The position numbers and the translations under genes are program-made. Shown in pieces: positions 48,438 to 57,454 of a DNA stretch of 57,454 nt (the stretch's first letter is position 1; every line of letters starts with the position of its first letter). Source of the stretch: Deltaproteobacteria bacterium (GTDB taxonomy: Bacteria; Desulfobacterota; Dissulfuribacteria; Dissulfuribacterales; QOAL01); the NCBI GenBank assembly GCA_015494395.1, contig WGBG01000160.1:1-57454 (forward strand), written 5' to 3'. Below the pieces are notes generated by a model. The model saw nothing but the letters and a program-made list of their open reading frames with translations. It ran no database searches and had not been told where the DNA came from.

Positions 48438-49610
48438 ATGATAATAATAGAGACTATCGCAGCAATAACGGGCCTGGTGTTCCTGCTTGCCCTGTTTTAT
48501 CTTTTTGTGCTTGCTGTAGCCTCTTTGCTTCCTGAAAGACGGATAAGGCACCATGCCCCTGGCACCATTTTCTGTATAGTTATTCCCGCACACAATGAGG
48601 AGAGCTGCATTGCTGATACCATAAACGCGGCAAGATCGGTTGAGTATCCAGGGAGCCTGTTTGACATTGTTGTTGTGGCTGACAAGTGCGATGATAATAC
48701 CGCAGGTATTGCCAAAAAGATGGGAGCCAGGGTGCTTGAGCGTCATGAGCCTGGGCCTGCTGGCAAGGGCTTTGTCCTGAAGTGGGCATTTGAAAGGCTT
48801 CTTCCAACATGTTCTCATGATGCCTTTATTGTAATCGATGCGGATACCTGGGTGGACAGGTCTTTTTTAGACGTTATGAATGACTGCATTTGCAGTGGTG
48901 AAAAGGCGATTCAGGCTTACTCCCAGGTAAGGCACCCTGAAAATTCCGTATTTGAAAGCCTTTCGTTCCTGGGTTTTGCTCTAAATCGTAACCTTCGTTA
49001 TCGTGGCAGAAGCAGGCTTGGGTGGTCTGCAAACCTCATGGGTACAGGGATGTGCTTTTCAAGGGAAATACTTGAGAGGTTTGGCTGGCCCACCACCACC
49101 CTTGTAGAGGATGTTGAGTTTACCATGTTTTTGAGGTTGCACGGGATCAGGGTGTGTTTTGCTGACAAGGCAAGGATCAGTGTTGAGCTTCACAACAGTA
49201 TCCGTGGGACAGAGAGGCAGAGGCTCCGCTGGGACCTTGGGAAACTGGAGGTGCGAAATCGCTATGTCCCGTTGCTCCTTAAGGCCTCATTTACGAGGGG
49301 TGAGCTTGCCTGTCTTGATAGTGCACTTGAGCTTCTGTTTCCACCCTTTCCTGTATTTTTCCTCATGGTTCTTGGCGGAGGGGCGCTGTTTCTGCCAGTT
49401 TTATGGGTTTCAGGAAGCACAGGTGTTGTGTGCTTGATCTGGTTTTTTAATATTAGTGCCATAATTGTTTATACGTTTGCAGGACTTTTTTCTGCCAGGG
49501 CTCCCATAGGCGTGTATCGTGCCCTTTTGTTCGCTCCATTTATCATGTTGTGGAGGGCGTGGATATTACTTCGGGAGTCTTTTAAAAAGCAACGCCGCAG
49601 GAGCTGGTAA
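48438..49610 (+). CDS. GT2 family glycosyltransferase with C-terminal TMs
   Basis: IPAHNEE, ADKCDD, GKG, IDAD, ED, QRLRW. Confidence 0.92.
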   Translation: MIIIETIAAITGLVFLLALFYLFVLAVASLLPERRIRHHAPGTIFCIVIPAHNEESCIADTINAARSVEYPGSLFDIVVVADKCDDNTAGIAKKMGARVLERHEPGPAGKGFVLKWAFERLLPTCSHDAFIVIDADTWVDRSFLDVMNDCICSGEKAIQAYSQVRHPENSVFESLSFLGFALNRNLRYRGRSRLGWSANLMGTGMCFSREILERFGWPTTTLVEDVEFTMFLRLHGIRVCFADKARISVELHNSIRGTERQRLRWDLGKLEVRNRYVPLLLKASFTRGELACLDSALELLFPPFPVFFLMVLGGGALFLPVLWVSGSTGVVCLIWFFNISAIIVYTFAGLFSARAPIGVYRALLFAPFIMLWRAWILLRESFKKQRRRSW

Positions 49611-49653
49611 TCCTTGATAAATGATTTTGACTTAGATTTGATATAAAAAGATT

Positions 49654-49877
49654 GTATCTATTCAGCGTGGTAAATAGTCTTGTTTTGGAGTGACTTTGAA
49701 GAATTTCGTAGTTTTTCTTGGCGAAGCGCAGTCATAAAATCGCGTCTGTTTGAGCGAGGTACGAGTGAGTTTCGCGATTTTGGCGGAGCAAGCCTTAGAA
49801 AAACAAGAAATTGTTCTCCGGAACGGAAAAACAAGACCATTTACCAACCTCGTTGAATAAATGCGCTGAACAGTTAC
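49654..49877. mobile_element. MITE family B, copy 4
   Basis: GTATCTATTCAGCG ... CGCTGAACAGTTAC; perfect 8-bp TSD AAAAGATT. Confidence 0.9.
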
Positions 49878-49928
49878 AAAAGATTTAACATGTTTTAAGT
49901 TTGTTTATAAAATTTTTTAATTTTTTCA

Positions 49929-50921
49929 ATGAAGCCCGGCAAAACAAGTAAAACAATTTTATACTTGATATATCTTGGTTTGGTCTCTGTGATACTGCTT
50001 GAGGTTGCAGTTCGTCTATGGGGATACTCAAACCATTACATTTACGATCCCATATACACACCTTTTCCATCATGCCAGGATATTCCCTACGTTCATAAGC
50101 CCTGTCTTGAGCATGCAAGGGCAAGGGGGCTTGCAGTGATAAATACTGACTCCCTTGGTCTGCGGTCAGATGAGGCATGTGCCAGGTACGGCCAGAAGAA
50201 TGAACAAGAGATACGAATTGCAGTGGCAGGAGATTCAGTTACCTTCGGTGAGGGAGTGCCTGAGACCTCGGGGACGTACTGTTTTCAGCTTGAAAAGATA
50301 TTGGCGAAGTGCCTTGAACGTCAGGTTACTGTATTTAACTTCGGGGTCTCTGCCTACAGTGTTCGTGAGATGGCTGCAACAGCGGCATGCAGGATGCCTG
50401 AGGTACAGCCCGATATAATGATAATGGCAGTGATTCCGGAGGATTTTAATCTCGGGCGGACCGGTACAGTGGACAGGTGGGGATACACAGTGCACGCTTC
50501 TTCAGATATTGCTGAAAAGGATTCAAAAATAAAGAAGGTGCTGCGCTCAATCCATCTTACCTATCTGATAAGAGATGTTTATTATAGTTTATCCAATAAA
50601 AACGAGACAGATAAGCAAGAGGAAGTGCCGGAATCCTATGAGTATTTAAAGAAATTCCGCAAGGCAGCCATTACACATAATGCTATCCCTGTAGTGGCGC
50701 TGCTTCCCTCGCTGGGTCACAGCTTTTCAGATGAGTTCAAAGAACGCCTGCACCGGGATAATGTCCTGTTTATCGACCTTTCCGATATTGTCAGCCAGTT
50801 CAGCAAGCGGGACTATATGGCCAGCGCATTTGATCCTCATCCGTCTCCCCCTGTGCATAGGGTCATTGCCGAAAGAATTGCTGATTATCTCCTGTCGCAC
50901 AACATAGTGCCTCAGAAGTAA
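49929..50921 (+). CDS. SGNH/GDSL hydrolase-family protein (possible polysaccharide O-acyl modifier)
   Basis: N-terminal TM; GDSVTFG, NFGVSAY, DPHP. Confidence 0.85.
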   Translation: MKPGKTSKTILYLIYLGLVSVILLEVAVRLWGYSNHYIYDPIYTPFPSCQDIPYVHKPCLEHARARGLAVINTDSLGLRSDEACARYGQKNEQEIRIAVAGDSVTFGEGVPETSGTYCFQLEKILAKCLERQVTVFNFGVSAYSVREMAATAACRMPEVQPDIMIMAVIPEDFNLGRTGTVDRWGYTVHASSDIAEKDSKIKKVLRSIHLTYLIRDVYYSLSNKNETDKQEEVPESYEYLKKFRKAAITHNAIPVVALLPSLGHSFSDEFKERLHRDNVLFIDLSDIVSQFSKRDYMASAFDPHPSPPVHRVIAERIADYLLSHNIVPQK

Positions 50922-50958
50922 GACAGTGAGTATATTGATAAAGTGCAAGAGTGTATTT

Positions 50959-51167
50959 CCTAGATTGAGCGTTTCAAAATCTGGAAAATTATTTTTTTAA
51001 TGGGATTAAAAGGAGTTATGTCGATTATAGCTTTCCAGATTTTGAAACCCTTCTGGATTGCCGTATTTACTGCATCTCCTTTGTCAGAGGAATCCCCATA
51101 TAGCCGACTATTATGGGAATTCCTCTTTCGCGGATCTGCAGCAAATCCGACAATCGCTCAATCTAGG
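50959..51167. mobile_element. MITE family A, copy 4
   Basis: Perfect 13-bp TIR CCTAGATTGAGCG / CGCTCAATCTAGG; no TSD (TATTT vs AAGAA). Confidence 0.9.
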
Positions 51168-51242
51168 AAGAAATTGTTCTCCGGAACGGAAAAACAGGAC
51201 CATTTACCAACATTTATTAACATAAGTACACTGAACAGTTAC
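51168..51242. mobile_element. MITE family B, truncated terminal fragment
   Basis: AAGAAATTGTTCTCCGGAACGGAAAAAC...CTGAACAGTTAC matches the last ~75 nt of copy 4; fused directly to MITE A copy 4. Confidence 0.85.
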
Positions 51243-51243
51243 A

Positions 51244-52131
51244 ATGGAATTTATTTATAACATCATAAGCGGCTGGGCATCGGCAGGCTACCTGCCTGAA
51301 ATTTTTCAGCACACCTTCATGATAAGGGGTATGCTTGCTGCCCTTATTGCAGGCCCCATGCTTGGTGCGCTGGGAACAGTGGTCATAACCAAAAAACTGT
51401 CTTTTTTCACGCAGACCATCGGTAATGCTGCCATGTCCGGCGTTGCAATAGGCCTGTTATTCGGTGAGCCGGTTGACGGCACCTATGCCGGGCTGTACGG
51501 GTTCTGCCTTATTGTTGCCCTGGTTATGACCTTTGTTAAAAACCGCTCACGCCTTCCAAACGATACAATCATTGGCGTAGTACTTGCCCAGGTGTTGGGC
51601 ATAGGTATTGTGCTAATGACCATTGTTACCAGCCAGTTCAACATACACCAGGTTGAGGCAATACTCTTTGGAAGCCTGATAACACTGAATGACCAGGACC
51701 TTCTTGCCCTTGCAGCGGCATCCACCGGGGCAGGCATAGTATTCCTGCTGCTCTTTAACCGGGTGATGCTTGGAAGTTTCAACCCAGTGCTTGCAAAGGC
51801 ACGCGGTTTACGTCCAGTCCTGCTGGAATACATTTTTGTGACCCTTATGACAGTGGTCGTGGTTTCAAGCCTCAAGCTCATAGGCGCGCTGCTGGTGCTG
51901 GTGCTGATAGTTGTTCCTGCGGCAGGCGCCCAGAATGTTGTCAATAACCTGCGTCAGTTTGTGTGGGTAAGCATCCTGTTTGCCACAATAAGCACTGCTG
52001 CAGGGCTCTTTCTGGCAGGATTCCTGCCGGTACCCACCGGGGCTGTAATTGTGCTGGTATCAAGCTTCCTCTTCTATGGCTCACTTTTGTTAAAACCGCT
52101 CATAACAAAGAGGAGCGTAAGCCAGGCTTGA
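51244..52131 (+). CDS. Metal (Zn/Mn/Fe) ABC transporter permease, ZnuB-like
   Basis: FMIRG, DTIIG, ILFGS, FNPVLAKARG, GALLV, PTGA. Confidence 0.88.
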   Translation: MEFIYNIISGWASAGYLPEIFQHTFMIRGMLAALIAGPMLGALGTVVITKKLSFFTQTIGNAAMSGVAIGLLFGEPVDGTYAGLYGFCLIVALVMTFVKNRSRLPNDTIIGVVLAQVLGIGIVLMTIVTSQFNIHQVEAILFGSLITLNDQDLLALAAASTGAGIVFLLLFNRVMLGSFNPVLAKARGLRPVLLEYIFVTLMTVVVVSSLKLIGALLVLVLIVVPAAGAQNVVNNLRQFVWVSILFATISTAAGLFLAGFLPVPTGAVIVLVSSFLFYGSLLLKPLITKRSVSQA

Positions 52132-52177
52132 AGCATCACAGACCATAACATTTCACCATTAAAAGGGAGGAAATATC

Positions 52178-52564
52178 ATGTATCCCCATCTGTTAATTGA
52201 CAGGTTAACCACGAAAAAGTTTATGGCTGCCGCCGCAGTTTTAGCCACTGTTATGGCGCTCTCAGTCACCGCGCTTGCCCACGCACCTGTTCTGTGGTGC
52301 TATGTTGAGGGCGGAAAGGTGCATGTTGAGGCATTTTTCAGTAGCGGTGCAAAGATTCAGGGTGGAAAGATCTATGTAGTTGACCAGTCAGGCAAAAAAC
52401 TCCTTGAGGGAACTACTGACAAACAGGGGAATTTTGAATTTACCCCGCCGGTAAAGGACAACATGACAATTGTGCTGAGGGTGGACTCCGGCCACACTGC
52501 GGACTTTGAAATCACGAAACAGGATTTTATTGACGCAGAAAAAGACGAAGCAGGGAAGGAATAA
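52178..52564 (+). CDS. Secreted NikL/CbiL-like metal-uptake accessory protein
   Basis: Signal peptide ALA-H; VEGGKVHVEAFFSSG, G.TD.QG.F.F, GH. Confidence 0.6.
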   Translation: MYPHLLIDRLTTKKFMAAAAVLATVMALSVTALAHAPVLWCYVEGGKVHVEAFFSSGAKIQGGKIYVVDQSGKKLLEGTTDKQGNFEFTPPVKDNMTIVLRVDSGHTADFEITKQDFIDAEKDEAGKE

Positions 52565-52565
52565 T

Positions 52566-52773
52566 CCTAAGTTGTGCGATTGTCAGATTTGCTGCATATC
52601 CGCGAAAGAGGGCTTCCCACTATAGTAGGCTATGTGGGAAGACCGATGACAAAGGAGATGCAGTGAATCCGGCAATCCCGAAGGGTTTCAAAATTGGAAA
52701 GCTATTATTGATATAACTCCTTTTAATTCCACTGTAAAAATAGTTTTTCCCATTTTGAAACGCTCAACTTAGG
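52566..52773. mobile_element. MITE family A, copy 5
   Basis: TIRs CCTAAGTTGTGCG / CGCTCAACTTAGG; flanks ATAAT / ATATT (4 of 5 match). Confidence 0.88.
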
Positions 52774-52787
52774 ATATTATTACCCGG

Positions 52788-52807
52788 GGGCACGGCCCGC
52801 CGTGCCC
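52788..52807. repeat. REP-like GC hairpin between convergent genes
   Basis: GGGCACGG-CCCG-CCGTGCCC. Confidence 0.45.
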
Positions 52808-52821
52808 TTAGAGACTGTCCC

Positions 52822-54222
52822 TTAGGGTTCCAGGCATGTTTCAATCATAGCCCTGAATTTTTCTTCTGCCTCTGCATCCCTCCCTACTGATTTTCCTGTG
52901 GCATATCTGAAAAACCGTTCACATACCTTTTGTCTTTGCCTGTCCCATCCTGCTGTAACCCCTTGGGCGCTGGCCTGTTTACCCAATTTTTCAGCATTTT
53001 CATAATCCCGCCGCCCATGAGCCCAACCTGTAATGTGGCTGTAAAAGATAAGTGCGCGGTCAATCAGTATGTAGAGAAGCTGGATGTTTGCCGCAGGCCC
53101 TACCCTTATCAGGTGACGGTCAAGGTTCATGCCCATGACCCTGACTCCGGACAGGAGCTTCCTTGCCTTAAATGCCGTGCCGGCTGCCCCAAGGATGCCA
53201 CCGGCTGCAGAAAACAGCCCAAGAGAAAGCCCGCCATGCCCAAGATCCAGAGCTGCTCCGGCTGCTGCACCTGTCACAGCACCTGCAAACACAAGCTGTT
53301 TTCCGGTAAGGCCAAGAAACTCCCATGATGCCTCACTGAATATATCTTCCTTCAATATGTCAGGTTCAGGCATGGGGCAGTTAAACACATTATGCCTGTA
53401 AATCTTCCTTATCCTGCTGAATGCATCCTGCTCACACCGCCATGCAAATCTTCTGTATCTTTCAAAAAGCCTCTCCTCCACCCCTTTCCTGTCCTGATGA
53501 TTCCTGATTGCAGCCCCATCAGTGTATGAGAGTATATCCTGAAACATCCGGATAAAGATCTCTGAGGTGCGCTCCTTCCTGGCCCTCCAGTCATTTTTTA
53601 TGGTACGGATAACAGTACTCAGTTCAGGAGAAAGCTCCTGGTCAATCCCCTTAAGGCTCTCAAGCAGCTCTATTCGGCCCTGATAGGTTTCCCTGCATGA
53701 GTTAAAGATACGGACCAGGTTAAAGTGCCGCCTGAACTCGTGCCTCCACTCATCAAGCCAGCCGGTTTCATCCTCCTTGCAGTTAATTACAGCCATTCTG
53801 GGCTTGCCTGTAAGACGGAGAATCTCCATCTCTGCCCTGTCGCTTTTTCTCATGGGCCTTGAGCCATCCACCACAAAGATAATCCCGGAGGCATGGATCA
53901 TGGGCTCAAGAAGGGTGCAGTCATCATGAAATTCAGGAATTTGTTTGTGTGCAGCTATAAAATCAGGAAGCAGTTTATTATAGGGGCCGCTAAAATCCCG
54001 CATCCACCGTAATGTCTTGAAAGGGTTCTGAAAGCCCGGAGTGTCAACAAAGCGGATTATCTCTTCCCCGTCGATTACAACAGGAAAGCTCCTGCACTCC
54101 CTTGTCTCTCCGGGAATGGGGCTTATACGCACACTGTCATCCTCGGCAAGTGTTGATAGCACAGAGGATTTTCCCTCATTGGGATGGCCTGCAATTACAA
54201 ATTCCGGGACTTTCCTGTTCAT
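52822..54222 (-). CDS. GTPase / DUF3482 domain protein
   Basis: GHPNEGKSS, DTPG, INCK; Gly/Ala-rich hydrophobic hairpin; RALI...AHGRRD. Confidence 0.88.
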   Translation of the reverse strand: MNRKVPEFVIAGHPNEGKSSVLSTLAEDDSVRISPIPGETRECRSFPVVIDGEEIIRFVDTPGFQNPFKTLRWMRDFSGPYNKLLPDFIAAHKQIPEFHDDCTLLEPMIHASGIIFVVDGSRPMRKSDRAEMEILRLTGKPRMAVINCKEDETGWLDEWRHEFRRHFNLVRIFNSCRETYQGRIELLESLKGIDQELSPELSTVIRTIKNDWRARKERTSEIFIRMFQDILSYTDGAAIRNHQDRKGVEERLFERYRRFAWRCEQDAFSRIRKIYRHNVFNCPMPEPDILKEDIFSEASWEFLGLTGKQLVFAGAVTGAAAGAALDLGHGGLSLGLFSAAGGILGAAGTAFKARKLLSGVRVMGMNLDRHLIRVGPAANIQLLYILIDRALIFYSHITGWAHGRRDYENAEKLGKQASAQGVTAGWDRQRQKVCERFFRYATGKSVGRDAEAEEKFRAMIETCLEP

Positions 54223-55823
54223 GTTAAATCAAATTCCATGACCATCATGCACGGGTCCCCAATGGCTGCAACCTGTCTTTGCCACTGTTCCACATCCTGT
54301 CTGGCTGCTGACCTCAAGCCTCCATCCGGTTCAGGACGGCCTGCAAGCAGGATGATAATGGCATTATCCTGCCTGGACATGCGCCTGACCTGTTTCAGGA
54401 AATCAATGGTCTCTCTAAGTGGAGGCATCCATGCCTCCCTGACAACCACCACCGGCCCGATGTGTTCCTGCAGGCGTGAACGTATTGCCTGGCCGCAGGG
54501 CTCTTTTTCAATCTGGCACTCTTCATCAACAACCTCTGTCTCCGTCACATTAAAGCCTGCCTTATGCCCAAAGCGCTCAAGACTTTCCCGGTCAAGCACT
54601 TCCGCAATGTCTTCAGGAACAAGCACCAGGGCAGGCTGAGGTAAGAAAGATTTAGAAACACCCCCTGCCTCATTACCTGTTTTTTCAACCTCCTGCTCAA
54701 TATTGCTGCCGGATTTATCAGTAACAGGGGACTTCCCCTTGATCGTCACCTGCTCAGTCAGCCCTGATGTACTCAATGTTTCAACGGTCATGCGTCTTAT
54801 AACCGGCCTGAAACGGGCTGCCTCAAAATTTATTTGACGCAGCGAACGCCTCAGCATGAACTGCCCGAATACAAAAAGCCCTAGGCGGGGAAGCAGGCCG
54901 TAAACCAGTATGCACATGCACAGAAAGGGCCACCATGAGACAAGGTCTGTTGTTGCAAGGTGATAAATACCCTCTTTTAATATCATCCTGCTCCCAGCAA
55001 TCTGCCCTGCATCAGGAAATCCAACTCCCGGAGGAAGCATCCAGGCCCAGGGCGCTGCCAGGAAACGGACTATGCTGTACGCAGTATCAGGGCCAAGCTC
55101 AAGGGTGGACTGCCACCCAAAGGCAAGATCCACACAGGTTATCCGTAAAAGGGTGGCTGCAAGGGCACCCAGGTTAAATCCTGTTCCAAAGAGCTGAATC
55201 AGCAGGAAAAAGGGCCAGATGTACACGGAGCCGTACACCTGCCGCATCATTCTCATGTTGCCGATGGCTGCCTGGAAATCCTGCAATGATTTTACAGGAA
55301 TCTTTGAAGCGAGCCACTTAAGTAGAAGAGAAAAGAGGCGTGAAACAAGGGATATGGCAGGGCGTGCAGCCTTGTCCCAGTTACTAAATCTGCTCAAAAT
55401 GAGAAAAATGGTGGTGAGGATAACTAGAAATAACTGGGAGAAGACGAGCACAAGCAGGAAGATGGAGACATTTATTGGCTCCCTGCCGTTATAGACAAGC
55501 AGAGACAGGGCTACCCCTGCCCCCATGACAGCTCCAATGCACAGGGCAAGGATTGAAGCAAGCCGGTATGCCTCATACCATAACTTACCTGGAAGCAGGC
55601 CGTCTGCGTGATGCTTGCGCATTGAATCAAGCCACTGCCTCAGGAGTATGGCAGTCCCTGCGGCATCTTTTCCTTTAAGGCGCTTAAGATACAGCGCCCT
55701 GTCCCTTTTAATCAGCGCATCTTCACCTTCTTCCTCTTCAATTCGCCTGTCAAGGTTCAGGAAATATTCAAGGTCAATTATATCGGGCAGTTGCCATACC
55801 TGTTTCATGGAAAGCCCTGCCAC
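54219..55823 (-). CDS. DUF2868 domain membrane protein
   Basis: YNGREPIN, DLAFGWQSTL, WWPFL...YGLLPR, EAWMPP; coupled to the GTPase. Confidence 0.8.
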   Translation of the reverse strand: MAGLSMKQVWQLPDIIDLEYFLNLDRRIEEEEGEDALIKRDRALYLKRLKGKDAAGTAILLRQWLDSMRKHHADGLLPGKLWYEAYRLASILALCIGAVMGAGVALSLLVYNGREPINVSIFLLVLVFSQLFLVILTTIFLILSRFSNWDKAARPAISLVSRLFSLLLKWLASKIPVKSLQDFQAAIGNMRMMRQVYGSVYIWPFFLLIQLFGTGFNLGALAATLLRITCVDLAFGWQSTLELGPDTAYSIVRFLAAPWAWMLPPGVGFPDAGQIAGSRMILKEGIYHLATTDLVSWWPFLCMCILVYGLLPRLGLFVFGQFMLRRSLRQINFEAARFRPVIRRMTVETLSTSGLTEQVTIKGKSPVTDKSGSNIEQEVEKTGNEAGGVSKSFLPQPALVLVPEDIAEVLDRESLERFGHKAGFNVTETEVVDEECQIEKEPCGQAIRSRLQEHIGPVVVVREAWMPPLRETIDFLKQVRRMSRQDNAIIILLAGRPEPDGGLRSAARQDVEQWQRQVAAIGDPCMMVMEFDLT

Positions 55824-55826
55824 CTG

Positions 55827-57287
55827 CTACCAGTCATATATGATTTCCCACTGGGTGTTAAAGGGCTGGCTGTCAGGGGTAAAGGTTATGTACTGGGTCT
55901 CACCCTGCCCCTGGCCACTGCTCTTCTGCTCTGCCCAGAGCCGTAATTCTATGGCTGGCACTGCCATGTTTTCAGGGCCTTCAAGCCAGAATTCCCTCTC
56001 CTCTATCACCTTCCAGAGAGTGCCGTCACGCCGGTCCCTGCACCGCTCCCCTACCCTTGGAAGCCCAAGCTTTATCCGCAGGTCCTTGAACTTGTAGGGA
56101 GAGCGTTCGCCATAATCCAGGACCTTCTCACCCAGTATCATTATGCCAATGGCGCCAAGAGGCGCTGTAAGGAGTATGGAGAGCACTGCAACAGCAAGGA
56201 TAAGGTCACCTGAGGCAACGCCGTATGCAAGAGGCACTGCCCCGATTGCAGCCTGAACAGTAGCCTTGGGGATGTAGGCAACAATGGTAAATATCTTCTC
56301 CTGCATGGTAAAGGGCGTTCCGATGAGACTGATATAGGTACCCACGCTCCTGAATATCAGACCCACAAGGATCACAATGGATCCTGCAAAGCCTGCATCC
56401 CATGCAACATGGATGTTTACCTGTGCGCCAACAAGGACAAAGAGCAGGAGCTCGGCAAAGACCCATAGTTTTTTGAGTTTCTGTGACATCAGGTGGGCAA
56501 TTGGCTCGGATTTTTCAAGGATTATAAAGCCTATTGCCATAACCCCGAGAAGGCTTGCCACTGGCACAATACCCTCAAGCCTCTTTTCAATCCATGTGAG
56601 CACTATGGAAACACCAAGCACCATCAAAGTGCGCTTGGGAGGTCTCCAGTCATACTTTTCAAACAGCCGCCAGAGGATATAGCCTGGAATTAGACCTATG
56701 AGGATTCCAAGGGTAATTGAGACAGGAATTTCTCCCAGCTTTGCCCAGATATTTACATCACCGCCCCCATACATCCCAAGGAATATGGTAAAAAGCACAA
56801 TGACAAAAACATCGTCAATACTTGATGCCGCAAGTATCATGGTGGGGATGCCCTTCTTTGCCCCCCTTCCCCTGTCCATGAAATCTATCATCAGGGGAAC
56901 AACCACTGCAGGGGATACAGCGGCAAGGATTGAGCCTAAAATTGCCGAATCCAGCCAGGATAAACCAAGCAGGGGAGGGGCAACCAGCATGACCCCTGCA
57001 ATTTCAAACACCGCCGGGATACAACTCAGGAGAAGAGCGCTTTTGCCAACGCGGTTCAGGGTATCCCGCCTCAGCTCAAATCCGGCCCTGAGGAGTATCA
57101 CAATCAGGGCAATCTTCCTGAAATCCCCGGAGACCTGCATCATCTCAGGCCTTATAAGCCCCAGGACATACGGCCCTGCCACAATGCCTACAAGCAGCAT
57201 GCCCACAAGTCCGGGCAGCTTCATCTTCTTGAAGATATAATCACCGGCCAGGCCGCACAGGATTATGACTGCAATGCTGAAATCCAT
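55827..57287 (-). CDS. Cation:proton antiporter (CPA1, NHA2-like) with extra C-terminal domain
   Basis: ALIVILLRAG, AVSPAVVVP, AASSIDDV, LFVLVGA, PKATVQAA. Confidence 0.92.
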   Translation of the reverse strand: MDFSIAVIILCGLAGDYIFKKMKLPGLVGMLLVGIVAGPYVLGLIRPEMMQVSGDFRKIALIVILLRAGFELRRDTLNRVGKSALLLSCIPAVFEIAGVMLVAPPLLGLSWLDSAILGSILAAVSPAVVVPLMIDFMDRGRGAKKGIPTMILAASSIDDVFVIVLFTIFLGMYGGGDVNIWAKLGEIPVSITLGILIGLIPGYILWRLFEKYDWRPPKRTLMVLGVSIVLTWIEKRLEGIVPVASLLGVMAIGFIILEKSEPIAHLMSQKLKKLWVFAELLLFVLVGAQVNIHVAWDAGFAGSIVILVGLIFRSVGTYISLIGTPFTMQEKIFTIVAYIPKATVQAAIGAVPLAYGVASGDLILAVAVLSILLTAPLGAIGIMILGEKVLDYGERSPYKFKDLRIKLGLPRVGERCRDRRDGTLWKVIEEREFWLEGPENMAVPAIELRLWAEQKSSGQGQGETQYITFTPDSQPFNTQWEIIYDW

Positions 57288-57454
57288 TACATTCTCCTTT
57301 CAGGATATAATTCAGAGCATGATACACCCTGATGACTTTTTTGGTAAGGTTTGGACTGATTAGAACCTTCACAACCGTATTGTCTTTTGCTGTGGTTAAA
57401 TGCTATTGTTGAACAGATACATTATATGTAAAGTTTGTTCACCACCCGCTTCGC

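Noticed and set aside
48171-49877. Composite transposon of B3 and B4 carrying the GT2 gene
   Set aside because: Each copy has its own distinct 8-bp TSD, so they inserted independently

Overview
57.5-kb chromosomal window of a sulfate-reducing or sulfur-disproportionating Desulfobacterota-type anaerobe. It opens with dsrAB (dsrB runs off the left edge), then a PHP hydrolase with a peptide ABC importer, a REP-flanked AbrB/PIN toxin-antitoxin pair, RNase II, hisB, a DsrE protein, ilvD, a c-di-GMP signalling trio, an AAA ATPase, serC, an SPL-like radical SAM gene and a Cys-rich/FlgO lipoprotein cluster. The most unusual block is a 13.5-kb co-directional minus-strand run (27444-40932). It encodes a DASS transporter, two orphan periplasmic binding proteins, TPR and beta-helix proteins, YedE, DUF3343, a YjeF-like kinase, a ubiquitin-like ThiS/MoaD carrier, an atypical JAB protein, a Glu/Leu/Phe/Val-type dehydrogenase, two tandem adenylosuccinate-lyase-family enzymes and an E1 (ThiF/MoeB). 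This looks like an undescribed sulfur-carrier-dependent pathway. A partial exopolysaccharide cluster with a B12 radical SAM enzyme follows, then an orphan metal permease, a DUF2868/GTPase pair and an antiporter. Two families of non-autonomous MITEs are scattered through the window. Family A is about 208 bp, has 5 copies, ISEcp1/IS1380-like ends and 5-bp TSDs. Family B is about 226 bp, has 4 full copies plus 1 partial, and 8-bp TSDs. Both fold into long nested hairpins with compensatory base changes between copies. All family assignments come from motif recognition by eye, not from database searches.
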